Source: Nitrososphaerales archaeon
GTDB taxonomy: Archaea > Thermoproteota > Nitrososphaeria > Nitrososphaerales > UBA213
Reading direction: 5' to 3'
Assembly: GCA_965197925.1 (NCBI GenBank)
Contig: CBDAOC010000020.1
Span: forward strand, 256,001-320,000
Length of the DNA: 64,000 nucleotides
Positions within the stretch are counted from its first letter, which is position 1. Each line of letters begins with the position of its first letter. A program made the translations under genes and the position numbers. Under the pieces are notes generated by a model. That model worked only from the letters and a program-made list of their open reading frames with translations, searched no databases and was not told where the DNA came from. This document shows positions 34,754 through 45,245 of the stretch, in pieces.

Positions 34754-35133
34754 CCATACACGTCAAGATTCACTAAACCCCAGTTAGATGCTAAGATTTT
34801 CTTGTTCTTGATCTAGATAGGCGAGTCTATCTATAAGCTAGGTATAGCGAAGGTATCAACGATATTGAAAATTTTGCGTCATCTGCGTTTGACCATTGTT
34901 CTACTGCAAACATTACATTGCTTATTCTAACTGTTACTTAACCAGTTTGATCTTCACTGAAACAAATTTGCTCATGGGTAAAGTTTCCAAAGGCGCGTTT
35001 GACCATTCACATTGCCTGTACTTGTAAAATAATTAATGGTTTAAAATTAGAGGGTCATTTGCTTTTAGCCATTGAATCTAGCTTCTACTAGATCTACCAT
35101 CTTCCTTTTTCCTAAACGTAATAGCTTCAGCAA

Positions 35134-35565
35134 TCATAATCCAAAGAGCTCTTTCAGTTTTAGCTTCCTTGGAACCCCTCTCAAATAGAGCAATGCTAGG
35201 GGCGCTCCCCAGTTAGCCCATCTCTCAATAAAGTCCCATATCGGCTCTCCAGCCACAGGTCTTGCTAAGGCTGTTAGAAAGCCCCACGAAGCTGCCCAAA
35301 TAAGCATCAACTTAAAAGGGAAAACAATCATGAATGCAGCAGTGATAATATCTACAATGCCTATTGCGATCAGCAAATTCTCTGCTAGTGGACCTGATAT
35401 TCCAGTCATCGCTGTTATATAGTTTAGAAAACTCGACTTGAGTTGTAGAGCCAAGACACCATGACCGAGGAAGGTGCCGAAGATTGCGACTCTCAGTATC
35501 CACTCAACTTTTTCAACGTTATGGATCTTCTGCTTAAGTTGAAGCAATTTTTCTACCACCAGCAT
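35134..35565 (-). CDS. conserved membrane protein (DoxX-like)
   Basis: LRVAIFGTFLGHG and DFIERWANWGAPLALL motifs. Confidence 0.7.
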   Translation of the reverse strand: MLVVEKLLQLKQKIHNVEKVEWILRVAIFGTFLGHGVLALQLKSSFLNYITAMTGISGPLAENLLIAIGIVDIITAAFMIVFPFKLMLIWAASWGFLTALARPVAGEPIWDFIERWANWGAPLALLYLRGVPRKLKLKELFGL

Positions 35566-36689
35566 ATCGTTCGTGAATTACACATTTAAAACATGAATAC
35601 AATTATCAAACATGAAATTCAGCTTAGACATGGAATGGACAAGGCTTCTATGATTCAACCTCTACTACATGCTTAGGAGAAGAAAGTGCAAACTCTGGAA
35701 TGAGTTAGGCATTATCATCTCAGTTCGGTTCTACGAACAGCTTGGTATATCCGTCGTTAATTAGTTCAGTAGACAGAGCCTCGGAAAAATTCGGAAACAA
35801 AAATCGCAAGTTCAAATCCGTCTGCCCAATTAAATATTAATCAGCTATCTCACGAAAAATCTCTTCAAGTATATTATAACCGCCGTCACGTATGCGTTCT
35901 AAATGTTTGACAACGTACATTTCCGCTTCATCTACCTTGAAAACTAAATTAGCTTTTGCCAATCCTAGAGCCAGAATGTGAATGGCCGAACTCGCACGCA
36001 GTGGGAAATTTGTATGCCTCAAGCTGCCCTTTTCTATGAAACTACCAATTTGTTCCAATACTATTGAATAGGCTTCATTCCTCAGTTCCTCGGGTAATTC
36101 TCTTCCAAAATTTTAAAGGCCTCTGCTTCCATAGTTTTACCAATCAAAGTCAACCATGCAAAATTATTTAACCTTTCGATACTTGCTTGGATGCTGTTAA
36201 CTTGGTCTATCCCTTGGTTATCATATAGCTTGTTTCATCTGTCCAGATTTTTACAGAAGTAAAGAATTTCATTTTCATACAACTCCCTACCCTCATTCTT
36301 TTAAGCCGGATATTCAACCATATCCATATTTATTAGAATATAAAAAATAATTTTTCACCCAATGATTTTAGCTCAACCACCAGATCCTCTATTTGCTAGA
36401 ATTCAAATTAATTCTCCTTTCATATTCCTCTATCTTGCCAACTGATTAGTTTACTAGATAAAATCCCACTTCTGAGATAGTTGTCTTTACATGAATGTAC
36501 ACTTGACCATCTTAACCATCTTGACCAGCTCTTGTATCCAAATGTTCCTTCTCTGCCTACTCTCAACCATAACCCATTTCCCTCTGCTTCGATACACCAT
36601 TGAACTCTAACACACATCTGAAAGAAAGTATACGTCCTTACTTGTCTAGCTTCATTTTACCAAGTTTCTTTTTGCCTTCTACTAACAGC

Positions 36690-37085
36690 TCAACAGATTA
36701 TGTCAAGGCGGAACCTGGAGAGATAGTTAATAATGTCTGTCATCGTCAATATTCCTATAGGCGCTCCACGTTCCATAATAGGAAGCCTCTTTATTCTCTT
36801 CTCTGACATCAACCTAGTGGCTTCGATAAAGCTCATTGAAGATTCTATGGTGATGAGAGGCTTGGACATTATGTTTTCAACGTTGATCTTATGGGGATCG
36901 ACATTCTTGGCAAGCACCTTCTTTGTCAGATCTCTTTCGGTAACTATTCCAACCATGATACCCTTTTGCATAACCAGAAGGCTTCCAAAATCTAGTTCCG
37001 CCATCTTTTTTGCAGCGTAATCTGCCGTCCTATCAAACTCTACGGTCGCTATTCCCTTGCTGGCTATTTCCCTTACATTAGTCAT
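36690..37085 (-). CDS. CBS-domain pair protein
   Basis: VGIVTERDL, IMSKPLIT and IKRLPI..GILTMTDI motifs; likely start MTNVREI. Confidence 0.88.
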   Translation of the reverse strand: MTNVREIASKGIATVEFDRTADYAAKKMAELDFGSLLVMQKGIMVGIVTERDLTKKVLAKNVDPHKINVENIMSKPLITIESSMSFIEATRLMSEKRIKRLPIMERGAPIGILTMTDIINYLSRFRLDIIC

Positions 37086-37470
37086 GAGTATAACTTCGGT
37101 TATAGTTATAATAAATAGTGTAGACAATTCTCAATATTGATATCCAGTAAGGTATGGAAACAAAATCTTGAATATCGTATCTACAAGTAAATCATCTTCA
37201 TCTATACACATTGGTTTATCTAAAAAAATGGTGTATACGTTCGCAATAGCGATATTGAAAATTCTGGGTCCGAAAAGTAGTTTCTACATGCATCATCATT
37301 TAATTTGTAAGGGCGAGTGGTATCGATAATAAAAAGTATTAATAATAAAAAATTATGTTGTTGTGAAGTTGCCCTAATGGGCTTTTGCCAATAATTATGA
37401 GTTAGAATCCTCTTATTATGTAAATTTATAAGCGTTAGGATAATCCAAGACAGGATCTGACAATGACTAA

Positions 37471-37527
37471 GAGCTTATCCGAAAATTAACATCATAGCCT
37501 AATTGTTTATACCGAAACAGATCTAGA
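37471..37527 (+). mobile_element. solo left end of ISc (57 bp)
   Basis: Identical to the reverse complement of 33051-33107; preceded by TAA. Confidence 0.85.
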
Positions 37528-37725
37528 ATAGTACTATTAGCATTTTACAGGCACGGTATTTTATGTTTACCATAAAATAAGGCATAAAATAACACAGTTT
37601 TTCAATTTAGGTAGTGTCCCTAGGTAGTGTCCCTTTTGCAAAAAGGTGCGCACTAGGTAGTGTCCCTTTACGTAAAAGGACACTACCTAAAATGCTCTAA
37701 TAGTACTGCGCTAGCACAGTACTAT
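37527..37725. repeat. iteron/palindrome cluster (putative origin or terminus)
   Basis: TAGGTAGTGTCCC three times direct and once inverted (GGACACTACCTA); AATAGTACTATT palindrome; AGTACT three times. Confidence 0.75.
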
Positions 37726-37879
37726 GATGCATTAAAAGTAAAGTATTAAGTCAATAATATTCATGATTTTCGGGGAGGGGTAAGCGATACGAAGGACAGA
37801 GGTCCCTATATACATATAGTATATTATTACTGTTTTAGAAATTCAACGTCATATACTCCCTTCCCCTTACTACTACTAC

Positions 37880-38167
37880 ATGGGCTTACTACAGATACTT
37901 ACAACGGCACTGCAACAATACAGGCAAGGCATAGTATTTGCCATCCAGCAAGGCAAGGTGTATGATATTATGTTATGTATCAACGCAATGAACAGCGTCC
38001 TACCAAAGACAGCACGGTGCAAACTACCCAAGCCACCGAGCAGGGACAACACAAGACCGTCATCAATGAGCGTTGCACAGTGGGAATGGGCTAACGAGGC
38101 ACTGCCAAGACTGGAAGACACCATCAGCGAATACCTCCAGAGTACATTCAAGGATATGGAACTATGA
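37880..38167 (+). CDS. hypothetical protein of the virus-like module
   Basis: 95 aa; ATGA overlap with the ATPase gene. Confidence 0.65.
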   Translation: MGLLQILTTALQQYRQGIVFAIQQGKVYDIMLCINAMNSVLPKTARCKLPKPPSRDNTRPSSMSVAQWEWANEALPRLEDTISEYLQSTFKDMEL

Positions 38168-39177
38168 GCGAACAACAAAAACACTACAGCGAGAGAACCA
38201 CGACGCTGCTAAACATCCCCATCCTTCAAAAACATTCACCTAACCCAGTAGTCAACAATATCCTTAACCATAACTCGTTAAGCGGATATACGGGCATACT
38301 ATCGATAGGGCACAGCGGCTCAGGCAAAACTACGATAGTTTCCTTGTTATCCCACTTGCTGCACGAAAAACAAAACTTTGCAGTTTACGATTACGGGGCG
38401 GATGAACTGATGGACGTTCACAACATCATAAAAAAAATGCCAAAAGCACCGTCAATACTGAAGTTTGACGATGCCAGTTATACATTTGCTGCAATGTCGG
38501 AACCTGAGCGTAACAAGCTGGCTTCAGGCCTTACGACGATCAGGCATGAGGTTAAGAATCCAGTGATAGTGTTCATGAATATCCACTACAGCAAGGCACT
38601 CGAAAAATTCTTCAGGGACACGGATTTCAAGATTCTCACCTCAATATCGGATGAAGAGATGGATAACTTCCAAAAATTGTTTGGATTTAAAAACACGATG
38701 AAATTACATAGATTCACCAGGCTATACCGCTCAATGATGCTACGAAAAAAATTCATAATAGGAAAATATACTTATCACACGCACAACCCATTCCGCATTG
38801 CATTGATTAGCGAATTGGGTAAACTGCATGGAGTTCTTTATTATCGTGACGCATGTAACAAATGCGTCAAGGATTTTCACACGGAAGAAATGCCCGCAAG
38901 GGATTTAGTGGATAAATTAATTGCAGGAAATGGCAGGGATAAGACACGGTCATGCCTACGGTGGTACCTGTATTATAACCAGAATCGAACTACTGCCATT
39001 GAATCTAGGACACGTTCAACATTTAATATGATAAACAAGTATGCACATAAATGCAAAATCGATTGGGACGAAGTGGAAAAAATAATACATGAGGAATTAT
39101 CCCGTGAAAGAAAGAAACGACATGAAACACTGGTCAAGGTAACACATGAAAAGAAAACTGTGGACGATGCGGCTTGA
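38164..39177 (+). CDS. P-loop ATPase resembling viral packaging/morphogenesis ATPases (FtsK-HerA/A32/Zot-like)
   Basis: Walker A GHSGSGKT, Walker B ILKFDD, then IRH..IVFMNIH..LEKFFR; CNKC. Confidence 0.75.
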   Translation: MSEQQKHYSERTTTLLNIPILQKHSPNPVVNNILNHNSLSGYTGILSIGHSGSGKTTIVSLLSHLLHEKQNFAVYDYGADELMDVHNIIKKMPKAPSILKFDDASYTFAAMSEPERNKLASGLTTIRHEVKNPVIVFMNIHYSKALEKFFRDTDFKILTSISDEEMDNFQKLFGFKNTMKLHRFTRLYRSMMLRKKFIIGKYTYHTHNPFRIALISELGKLHGVLYYRDACNKCVKDFHTEEMPARDLVDKLIAGNGRDKTRSCLRWYLYYNQNRTTAIESRTRSTFNMINKYAHKCKIDWDEVEKIIHEELSRERKKRHETLVKVTHEKKTVDDAA

Positions 39178-39272
39178 TACCAGTCTTAACCAGTCTTGAC
39201 CAATCCTATCCAATGGCGAGCGGAATAAAACCCTAAATCTAACGTCATAACCCTACAAATGATTGGTAGGAC

Positions 39273-40304
39273 ATGCTGAATGTCAATATCCCAATCATAA
39301 AAAATAAGTACGTCCACATATTGGCGATCCTTGCACCAATCATTTTTCTCAAGGCGGTAATAATCCTCTCACATCCGACATGCATCGGTTCTGACTGTAG
39401 TACCTATATCAGAATACTTGAGCATCCTGAAGAATGGCAGGAAAGGCACGGACTCATCGAACCACTGTTTTTAGTCATTGCAAAACCATTAATGTTATTA
39501 TTCAGTCCTGGTGACACCATAAAAATAATCCAACTAGGTTCACATACAAATCTTGTAATTGGCACATTCATCCTGATGCGCAGGCATTACGGCATGAATG
39601 CCGCAGTGATCGGTGTCATATTGGTAAGTTCAGTCTCATCCATGAACACGTACATAATTGAACTTGTACGCAACATGATCTCATTGAGCATTTTTCCGTA
39701 CGTCCTTTATTTTATTTCAGGCAACAAAAATGAGACACCGAGGCAGTATGCCTGCATCCTGATCATATCGGCGCTTATGCTACTGGCGCATAGGTCGTCA
39801 ATAGTACTAATTACCGCAATAGGTATCTACATGATATGGCAGCACAGGCAGATGAGATCATACATCCTGATTACAATGACATTGCTGGCCATTACAATTG
39901 GTTATTGCTTCATGATACAGAACACCAGTTCGGCAGCAGGAAGCCCGACACCAGAACATAATCTAATCCTGTTGTTGCTACCGTATTTATGGGTCCTTGT
40001 CCCGATATTCAAGACAAGGCTCCACCATCATTGGATGGTTAAAATTTTACTACTCTCAGTAATTCCTTCATTGGTAATATTCCCATTTGTAGGGTTCAGC
40101 ATGGCACAGCGATTGATAATAGAGACATACCTACCATTCACCTACATACTGGTCATCTTTATGTCAACGTTATTTGAGGGGAGGGTTTCATCATCAATAA
40201 GACCGTCACACCTACGAATCATTGCGATCACATTACTATTCGTATTGCTTATCATTGATACCCCTATCTCACTAACATTCCTGATCACCAGGTATGGTAA
40301 GTGA
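39273..40304 (+). CDS. polytopic membrane protein, possibly a GT-C-fold glycosyltransferase
   Basis: About 10 TM segments; D-containing first loop (GSDCSTY), EPLF, LVRN and LAHRS motifs. Confidence 0.6.
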   Translation: MLNVNIPIIKNKYVHILAILAPIIFLKAVIILSHPTCIGSDCSTYIRILEHPEEWQERHGLIEPLFLVIAKPLMLLFSPGDTIKIIQLGSHTNLVIGTFILMRRHYGMNAAVIGVILVSSVSSMNTYIIELVRNMISLSIFPYVLYFISGNKNETPRQYACILIISALMLLAHRSSIVLITAIGIYMIWQHRQMRSYILITMTLLAITIGYCFMIQNTSSAAGSPTPEHNLILLLLPYLWVLVPIFKTRLHHHWMVKILLLSVIPSLVIFPFVGFSMAQRLIIETYLPFTYILVIFMSTLFEGRVSSSIRPSHLRIIAITLLFVLLIIDTPISLTFLITRYGK

Positions 40305-40472
40305 TAGATATTGATGACCTGGTATGATAGATCATAAAAATTCCTAAAGCTTATCCCGTTGGTACGATGGGAACATTTGATTCCATCTTTAACACGTTAA
40401 ATATATGGTATAACCACCTAATAAGCGTTATTCAGATTATAACGTCATAACCTATTACACCATTTCCAAATC

Positions 40473-40940
40473 ATGAGAAGCCGACTATTCCTGACAACCA
40501 TTGGTATTATCACGGTCATTGCCCTGTTGTACAATTACTCAATGGCACCAACATCACTGACACTGACCGACAGCGATCACTATTTTATTGGTGGCGGATT
40601 CTCGGGGAACACGACATCAACGACAACCAACTACATGACGGTATTTGGTGATGGCGTATCAGGCACTTACAATGACACATACATCACCATGCCGCATAAT
40701 GCAACACTGTCAAACCTTCATGTCGTGCATCATGGAGCAATACCAGTAACCTTTACCCTACATCACAATGGTACGGCGACAGGTATGGCTTGCACAACAA
40801 CAGGCGCAATCCAGGACTGCTCCGACACGACAGATACAGTCCAGGTGGCAAAGGGTGACACGATAGCACTTGCATACATCCTGAGTTCAGGTGTTGATAG
40901 CGGTCATTTTAGGTACACAATGGAGGTAGATCCAGCTTAA
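40473..40940 (+). CDS. membrane-anchored Thr/Gly-rich beta protein (adhesin-like)
   Basis: N-terminal TM/signal segment, beta-rich body, several N-x-T/S sequons. Confidence 0.6.
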   Translation: MRSRLFLTTIGIITVIALLYNYSMAPTSLTLTDSDHYFIGGGFSGNTTSTTTNYMTVFGDGVSGTYNDTYITMPHNATLSNLHVVHHGAIPVTFTLHHNGTATGMACTTTGAIQDCSDTTDTVQVAKGDTIALAYILSSGVDSGHFRYTMEVDPA

Positions 40941-40988
40941 CCTTTTTTTCTTTAATATATCATACAAATCCACGTATAGGGGTTACAA

Positions 40989-41306
40989 ATGCCAACACTT
41001 GACGCAGGCCTGTTTCTCATCATATCGGCGATTGGGTTCATCTTCATGTTCATTTCATCAAGAACCTATATCGACGTGGCGTTTCGCTTGATACCTGTTT
41101 TCCTACTCTTCGGTCTTGGAGTAGCACTGATAGCAGAGTATGAGGTATCCTATACCGCAGAAAGCACTGACGGCGCCACGACGGTCACGGAAACCAGGTA
41201 CATACTACGGAACAACACTGACTGGCTGGGATGGGTATATGTGATGCTTGGAACATTTTCCATTGTTTTATTTTACAAGGAGATAATGTACGCAAGAGAG
41301 GCATGA
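40989..41306 (+). CDS. small three-TM membrane protein (possible virion protein)
   Basis: Three hydrophobic helices and a Thr-rich loop with an NNT sequon. Confidence 0.6.
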   Translation: MPTLDAGLFLIISAIGFIFMFISSRTYIDVAFRLIPVFLLFGLGVALIAEYEVSYTAESTDGATTVTETRYILRNNTDWLGWVYVMLGTFSIVLFYKEIMYAREA

Positions 41307-41509
41307 GGACAGGGGATGGCATAGTTGATACGGATACTGATGCGGTTGTACCTGTTGATGATTATTGTAGACGTATTGCTTTGATGATGAACCGAGTCAT
41401 GTAGACTTGGCCTAGGATAATTATAGCATGACAAGTGATTTTCAAATGATAAGGAATTAGTAAAAAGAAAAAGAGGGGAGTTAAGAAGCCCAACGTCGGG
41501 ATTCTTTCT

Positions 41510-41923
41510 TTATGCGTGGATGCCTATCTTCTGCTTCTCTTCCCTGTTAGCCAGGAATGAGGTCATCCAACCTAAGATGGCACCAAAGAGAGCATACTGT
41601 AGTAATGGCACAAGTAATTCTGTGTACGGCATTGATTCTGGCTTTGCTATTACAGCGAAAGATACCAATCCAGTAATTACACCCAATGATACTGCATCTT
41701 TGGTTCTTACTGGTTTAACACTATCGTTGGATGTCAACACACCATATATTGCACCTACGATTAGAGTGGTAGGCAATAGCACTTGAAGGTCCAGAGTGTT
41801 TGTACCAAACATAGTAACCGCTAACACCAGTCCTGCAATGAGTCCTGCAATCGCTCCATTTCGAATACCCTTCTTTATTTCGTACTTGTTGTTTGACATA
41901 TTTGTCGATAGCCATAGATGCAA
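41510..41923 (-). CDS. membrane protein
   Basis: GAIAGLIAG and further Gly-rich TM helices. Confidence 0.7.
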   Translation of the reverse strand: MHLWLSTNMSNNKYEIKKGIRNGAIAGLIAGLVLAVTMFGTNTLDLQVLLPTTLIVGAIYGVLTSNDSVKPVRTKDAVSLGVITGLVSFAVIAKPESMPYTELLVPLLQYALFGAILGWMTSFLANREEKQKIGIHA

Positions 41924-42542
41924 TGTAATATCCTTAAGCTTAGATAGTATAATGTTGATCTAGGAGTTGTCATATTATACACCATCGAAGGACAATATGC
42001 ATGTCAACATTTGTTGCATAGATGCGATGGTTTTGTTCTTCCAATCTCATATGATGTTGCATCTCATCATCAAGGATAATGAGAGGAATTGAAACTTTGA
42101 TTTGATGTATTTAAAGATAAATGAATTCCAAGTTTGGTCAGTTCATTTGGCCAGCTCATATTTTTCATATATTATGCACTTAACAAAAGGGTTCATCAAC
42201 AATTCAACAAATTATGTAATTTTAATATCCAAATCCAGCACAATATAAAAATCTAGACTGCTTGAGGATAAATACTGATTATTGAGAATGTTCCATTTGT
42301 CTCATAGTTATTCTCATATCATGAATAATCTCAAGTGGAGTCCAATCTCATCCATAAATCATCTCATGAACATAAGCAAATCACGTATTCATGAGGTTAG
42401 GAATCATTATCCTGTGAAAGCATATGACATATAACACATTGATCCAATGGTGCAATTCGATAAACAATGGTCTAAAACCTTTGGTTTCTGCACAGCCGCA
42501 GGAAGTTATCAATATACAGGCATTAACGATGGAGGCTAAAGG

Positions 42543-43122
42543 ATGACAGTGAAGTATGACAAAGAATACAAACAAGAAAATATTTTTGGAAAACCTTACA
42601 AAGAATTGGTAGATTTTTTTTAAAACATATCCAAAAAGAGGAAAAGTTTTAGATCTCGGTTGTGGTCAAGGAAGAGATTCTTTCACTCTTGCAAAACTTG
42701 GCTACAAAGTAACAGGGGTTGATATTTCCAAGGTTGGAATTTCTCAAATGCTTGAAAAGGCTAAAAAATCAAAGTTAAAAGTAAATGGAATCGTAGATGA
42801 TTTTTTCAAATTTAATCCAACGAGCAAATATGATGTAATTCTTTTGGATTCGGTTATTTAATTCTATAAAAGCACCAGAGAAAAAGAAACCAAGTTTTTA
42901 CTGCGAATTCTAGATTATGTAAAAACAGGTGGGGCTAGTCTGTATTTTTATCCATAAATCAACTTCTAGAGAAAAGTATCTGTGAAGTATCTTCAAGAAA
43001 TTAGATGGAATTTGGAATATTCAAATTGATAAACATGTCAATTTTATGTGGGAAGATAAAAACTCTAGACATAAACATAAAATTCAATTCAACATGGTCT
43101 TTGCCGAAAAATTAGAGAATAA
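42543..43122 (+). pseudogene. class I SAM-dependent methyltransferase (TehB-like), disrupted
   Basis: Manual translation gives GKVLDLGCGQGRDS..GYKVTGVDIS; frameshift at the poly-T run near 42615-21 plus later disruptions; absent from the ORF track. Confidence 0.8.
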
Positions 43123-43279
43123 GGATCATGATTAGTTTGTTAACAATTCATTAAGAAATCAAATAGAAATAGGACATCCCAATAAAATTACATTCATGAT
43201 ATTCCATCTATATGCAGATCATACTATAAATCAAAAATAGGATCGCAACGCTTATCTGTCAAGCTTCTCTTGATATGCT

Positions 43280-43603
43280 ATGGGTTTGTATGGAATATAC
43301 GGAAGCCACACCCCTGAAACATGTCCATGGAACAACGTGGAGATCAGAAAAGGAGTTTTGGAGGCAGCAAACAGATTAGAAGACCCTGACGCGCTCAAAA
43401 AATATAAGATAAGCAAAATTTTAGGACAGTACCATTCTGCCCTCGAGCACACATTTGTATGGATAGTAGAAGCGGAGGATCCACATTTGTTGCAGCAATT
43501 CGCTGTAGACTGGGGAATCGCAAAGTTCAACTTCCTTAAATTCGTGCCACTTATCACCTTCAAAGAGGTGATTGAAGGGGCCAAGAAGTTAGGAATTGAT
43601 TAA
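43280..43603 (+). CDS. conserved small hypothetical protein
   Basis: HTPETCP and EHTFVWIVEAEDP motifs. Confidence 0.7.
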   Translation: MGLYGIYGSHTPETCPWNNVEIRKGVLEAANRLEDPDALKKYKISKILGQYHSALEHTFVWIVEAEDPHLLQQFAVDWGIAKFNFLKFVPLITFKEVIEGAKKLGID

Positions 43604-44169
43604 CCTCCATTTTTTTGAATTGGGTGAACTTGCATGGAATTACAAATATACCACATGTCACTGTAAGAGCAAGTTTATTTTATTTGTTCTACTTGACAGC
43701 CCAGAGGATTTTTGCTAATGCTAAGCTAAAGTGGAACTTGTTCTTGGTAAAAATATTCAAGCAAGCCATCCTCTGCGGTGATTCTAAATGATTTTATCTT
43801 TTAAAATATGAGAACATCATTTAGGAAAATAAAATATTAAATTATTATAGACTCAGTTTCTTAGGTTTGGGATTCAACGATTTATTTAATTCATTATTCC
43901 GGTGGCTATTGAAAACTAAGTAGATGTGGATTCTATGACTAAATAGAATACAAAAATGTGATAATGATTAGTAAAATTCACTTTCAAATTGTATTGACCG
44001 TAATATTTTAAGGAAGAAATCCCACTGATCCTCTTCGACATTATTCTCCGGACCTAGTTTGAAACAAACTTATGAACACATGAGCTTCATATTCATTCAT
44101 AGTTATTTTTGGTGATGATTTGGTATTGAAGGTAGTAAAAACTAAAAAACTTATTTAGTTAATAGATTA

Positions 44170-45021
44170 TTGAAAAATGTGATAAAATCTGACGAAAAGG
44201 TTGCGGTGGTGACGGGGAGTTCTAGTGGTATAGGTTATGCAACATCATTGATGCTATCAAGAAATGGATTTCATACATATGCTAGCATGCGCAACCTTGA
44301 GAAATCGCAAGGTATTGTAGAAACAGCTAAAAAGGAAAATCTTCCACTGCAGGTAATACAGCTTGATGTTGATAATGAAAAATCTGTAAAAGATGCTGTC
44401 GAAAGAATAATTTCTGAGAAGGGAAAGATAGATGTTCTAGTAAACAACGCTGGCTTCGGGTTGGGAGGATCTGTTGAAGATCTTTCGATGGAGGAGCTGA
44501 AGGGTCAGTTTGAAACAAATTTCTTTGGTTTGATTCGGGTGACTCAGGAAGTTCTTCCTCATATGAGGAAACGGTTACAAGGGATTATAGTAAATGTGAG
44601 TTCAGTAGTAGGTCGCATAGGACTGCCGGGTGCGCCTGCTTATGTGAGCACAAAGTTTGCGGTTGAAGGATTGAGTGAATCGATGAGGTATGAGCTCGAA
44701 CCTTTCGGTATCAAGATCGTGCTAATTGAGCCTGGGGTAATTGGCACAAATTTCATGAGCGCGATGGTTGTGGCGAAAAGGGCTCTAGATCCTAATTCTC
44801 CCTATGCGCAATTGATGCAGAAAATAACTGCCGGATTTACTACCGCGTTTCAAAATGCTACGCCTACGGACGAGGTTGCAAAAGTAATTCTAAAGTCCGT
44901 TACAATTGATAATCCAGAGTTTAGATATCTGGTTGGGAATGATGCCGTACAGTGGCTAGAGGCAAGAAGAAAGATGTCAGATACAGAATTCGAAAATTTC
45001 TGGAAGAAAAGTGTTTTGTAG
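44170..45021 (+). CDS. short-chain dehydrogenase/reductase
   Basis: TGSSSGIG, NNAG and YVSTK (YxxxK) motifs. Confidence 0.93.
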   Translation: MKNVIKSDEKVAVVTGSSSGIGYATSLMLSRNGFHTYASMRNLEKSQGIVETAKKENLPLQVIQLDVDNEKSVKDAVERIISEKGKIDVLVNNAGFGLGGSVEDLSMEELKGQFETNFFGLIRVTQEVLPHMRKRLQGIIVNVSSVVGRIGLPGAPAYVSTKFAVEGLSESMRYELEPFGIKIVLIEPGVIGTNFMSAMVVAKRALDPNSPYAQLMQKITAGFTTAFQNATPTDEVAKVILKSVTIDNPEFRYLVGNDAVQWLEARRKMSDTEFENFWKKSVL

Positions 45022-45245
45022 ATCAAGGAAGTTATTACATAGGTGAAAGATGAAAATGAGAAATAGATGGTTAACGGAATTCCCTAGATTTATGCAAACT
45101 CAGCACACTTAGTTACCAATCTAGTCCTTTGTTTCCTTCTTCTATCCAACACAAACTGCTCATTAGATAAAGAAAAAGTGTTAATCAAGTTCTTTTTTAA
45201 TTCACTTGCCTATTAAATTTTGAAGAACAAGACCAAAATCAATTA

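Noticed and set aside
35750..35830. tRNA-like sequence (TAGTTCAGTAGACAGAGC ... GTTCAAATCC)
   Set aside because: D- and T-loop-like motifs are present, but the acceptor and anticodon stems do not pair; at most a decayed pseudo-tRNA.
35837..36160. 73-aa ORF with upstream debris
   Set aside because: Looks like a gene fragment, but no family can be assigned from the sequence.
39179..39214. short ACCAGTCTT(A/G) repeats (similar runs at ~36500, ~56890 and ~60680)
   Set aside because: Only 2-4 degenerate units each; no function can be supported.
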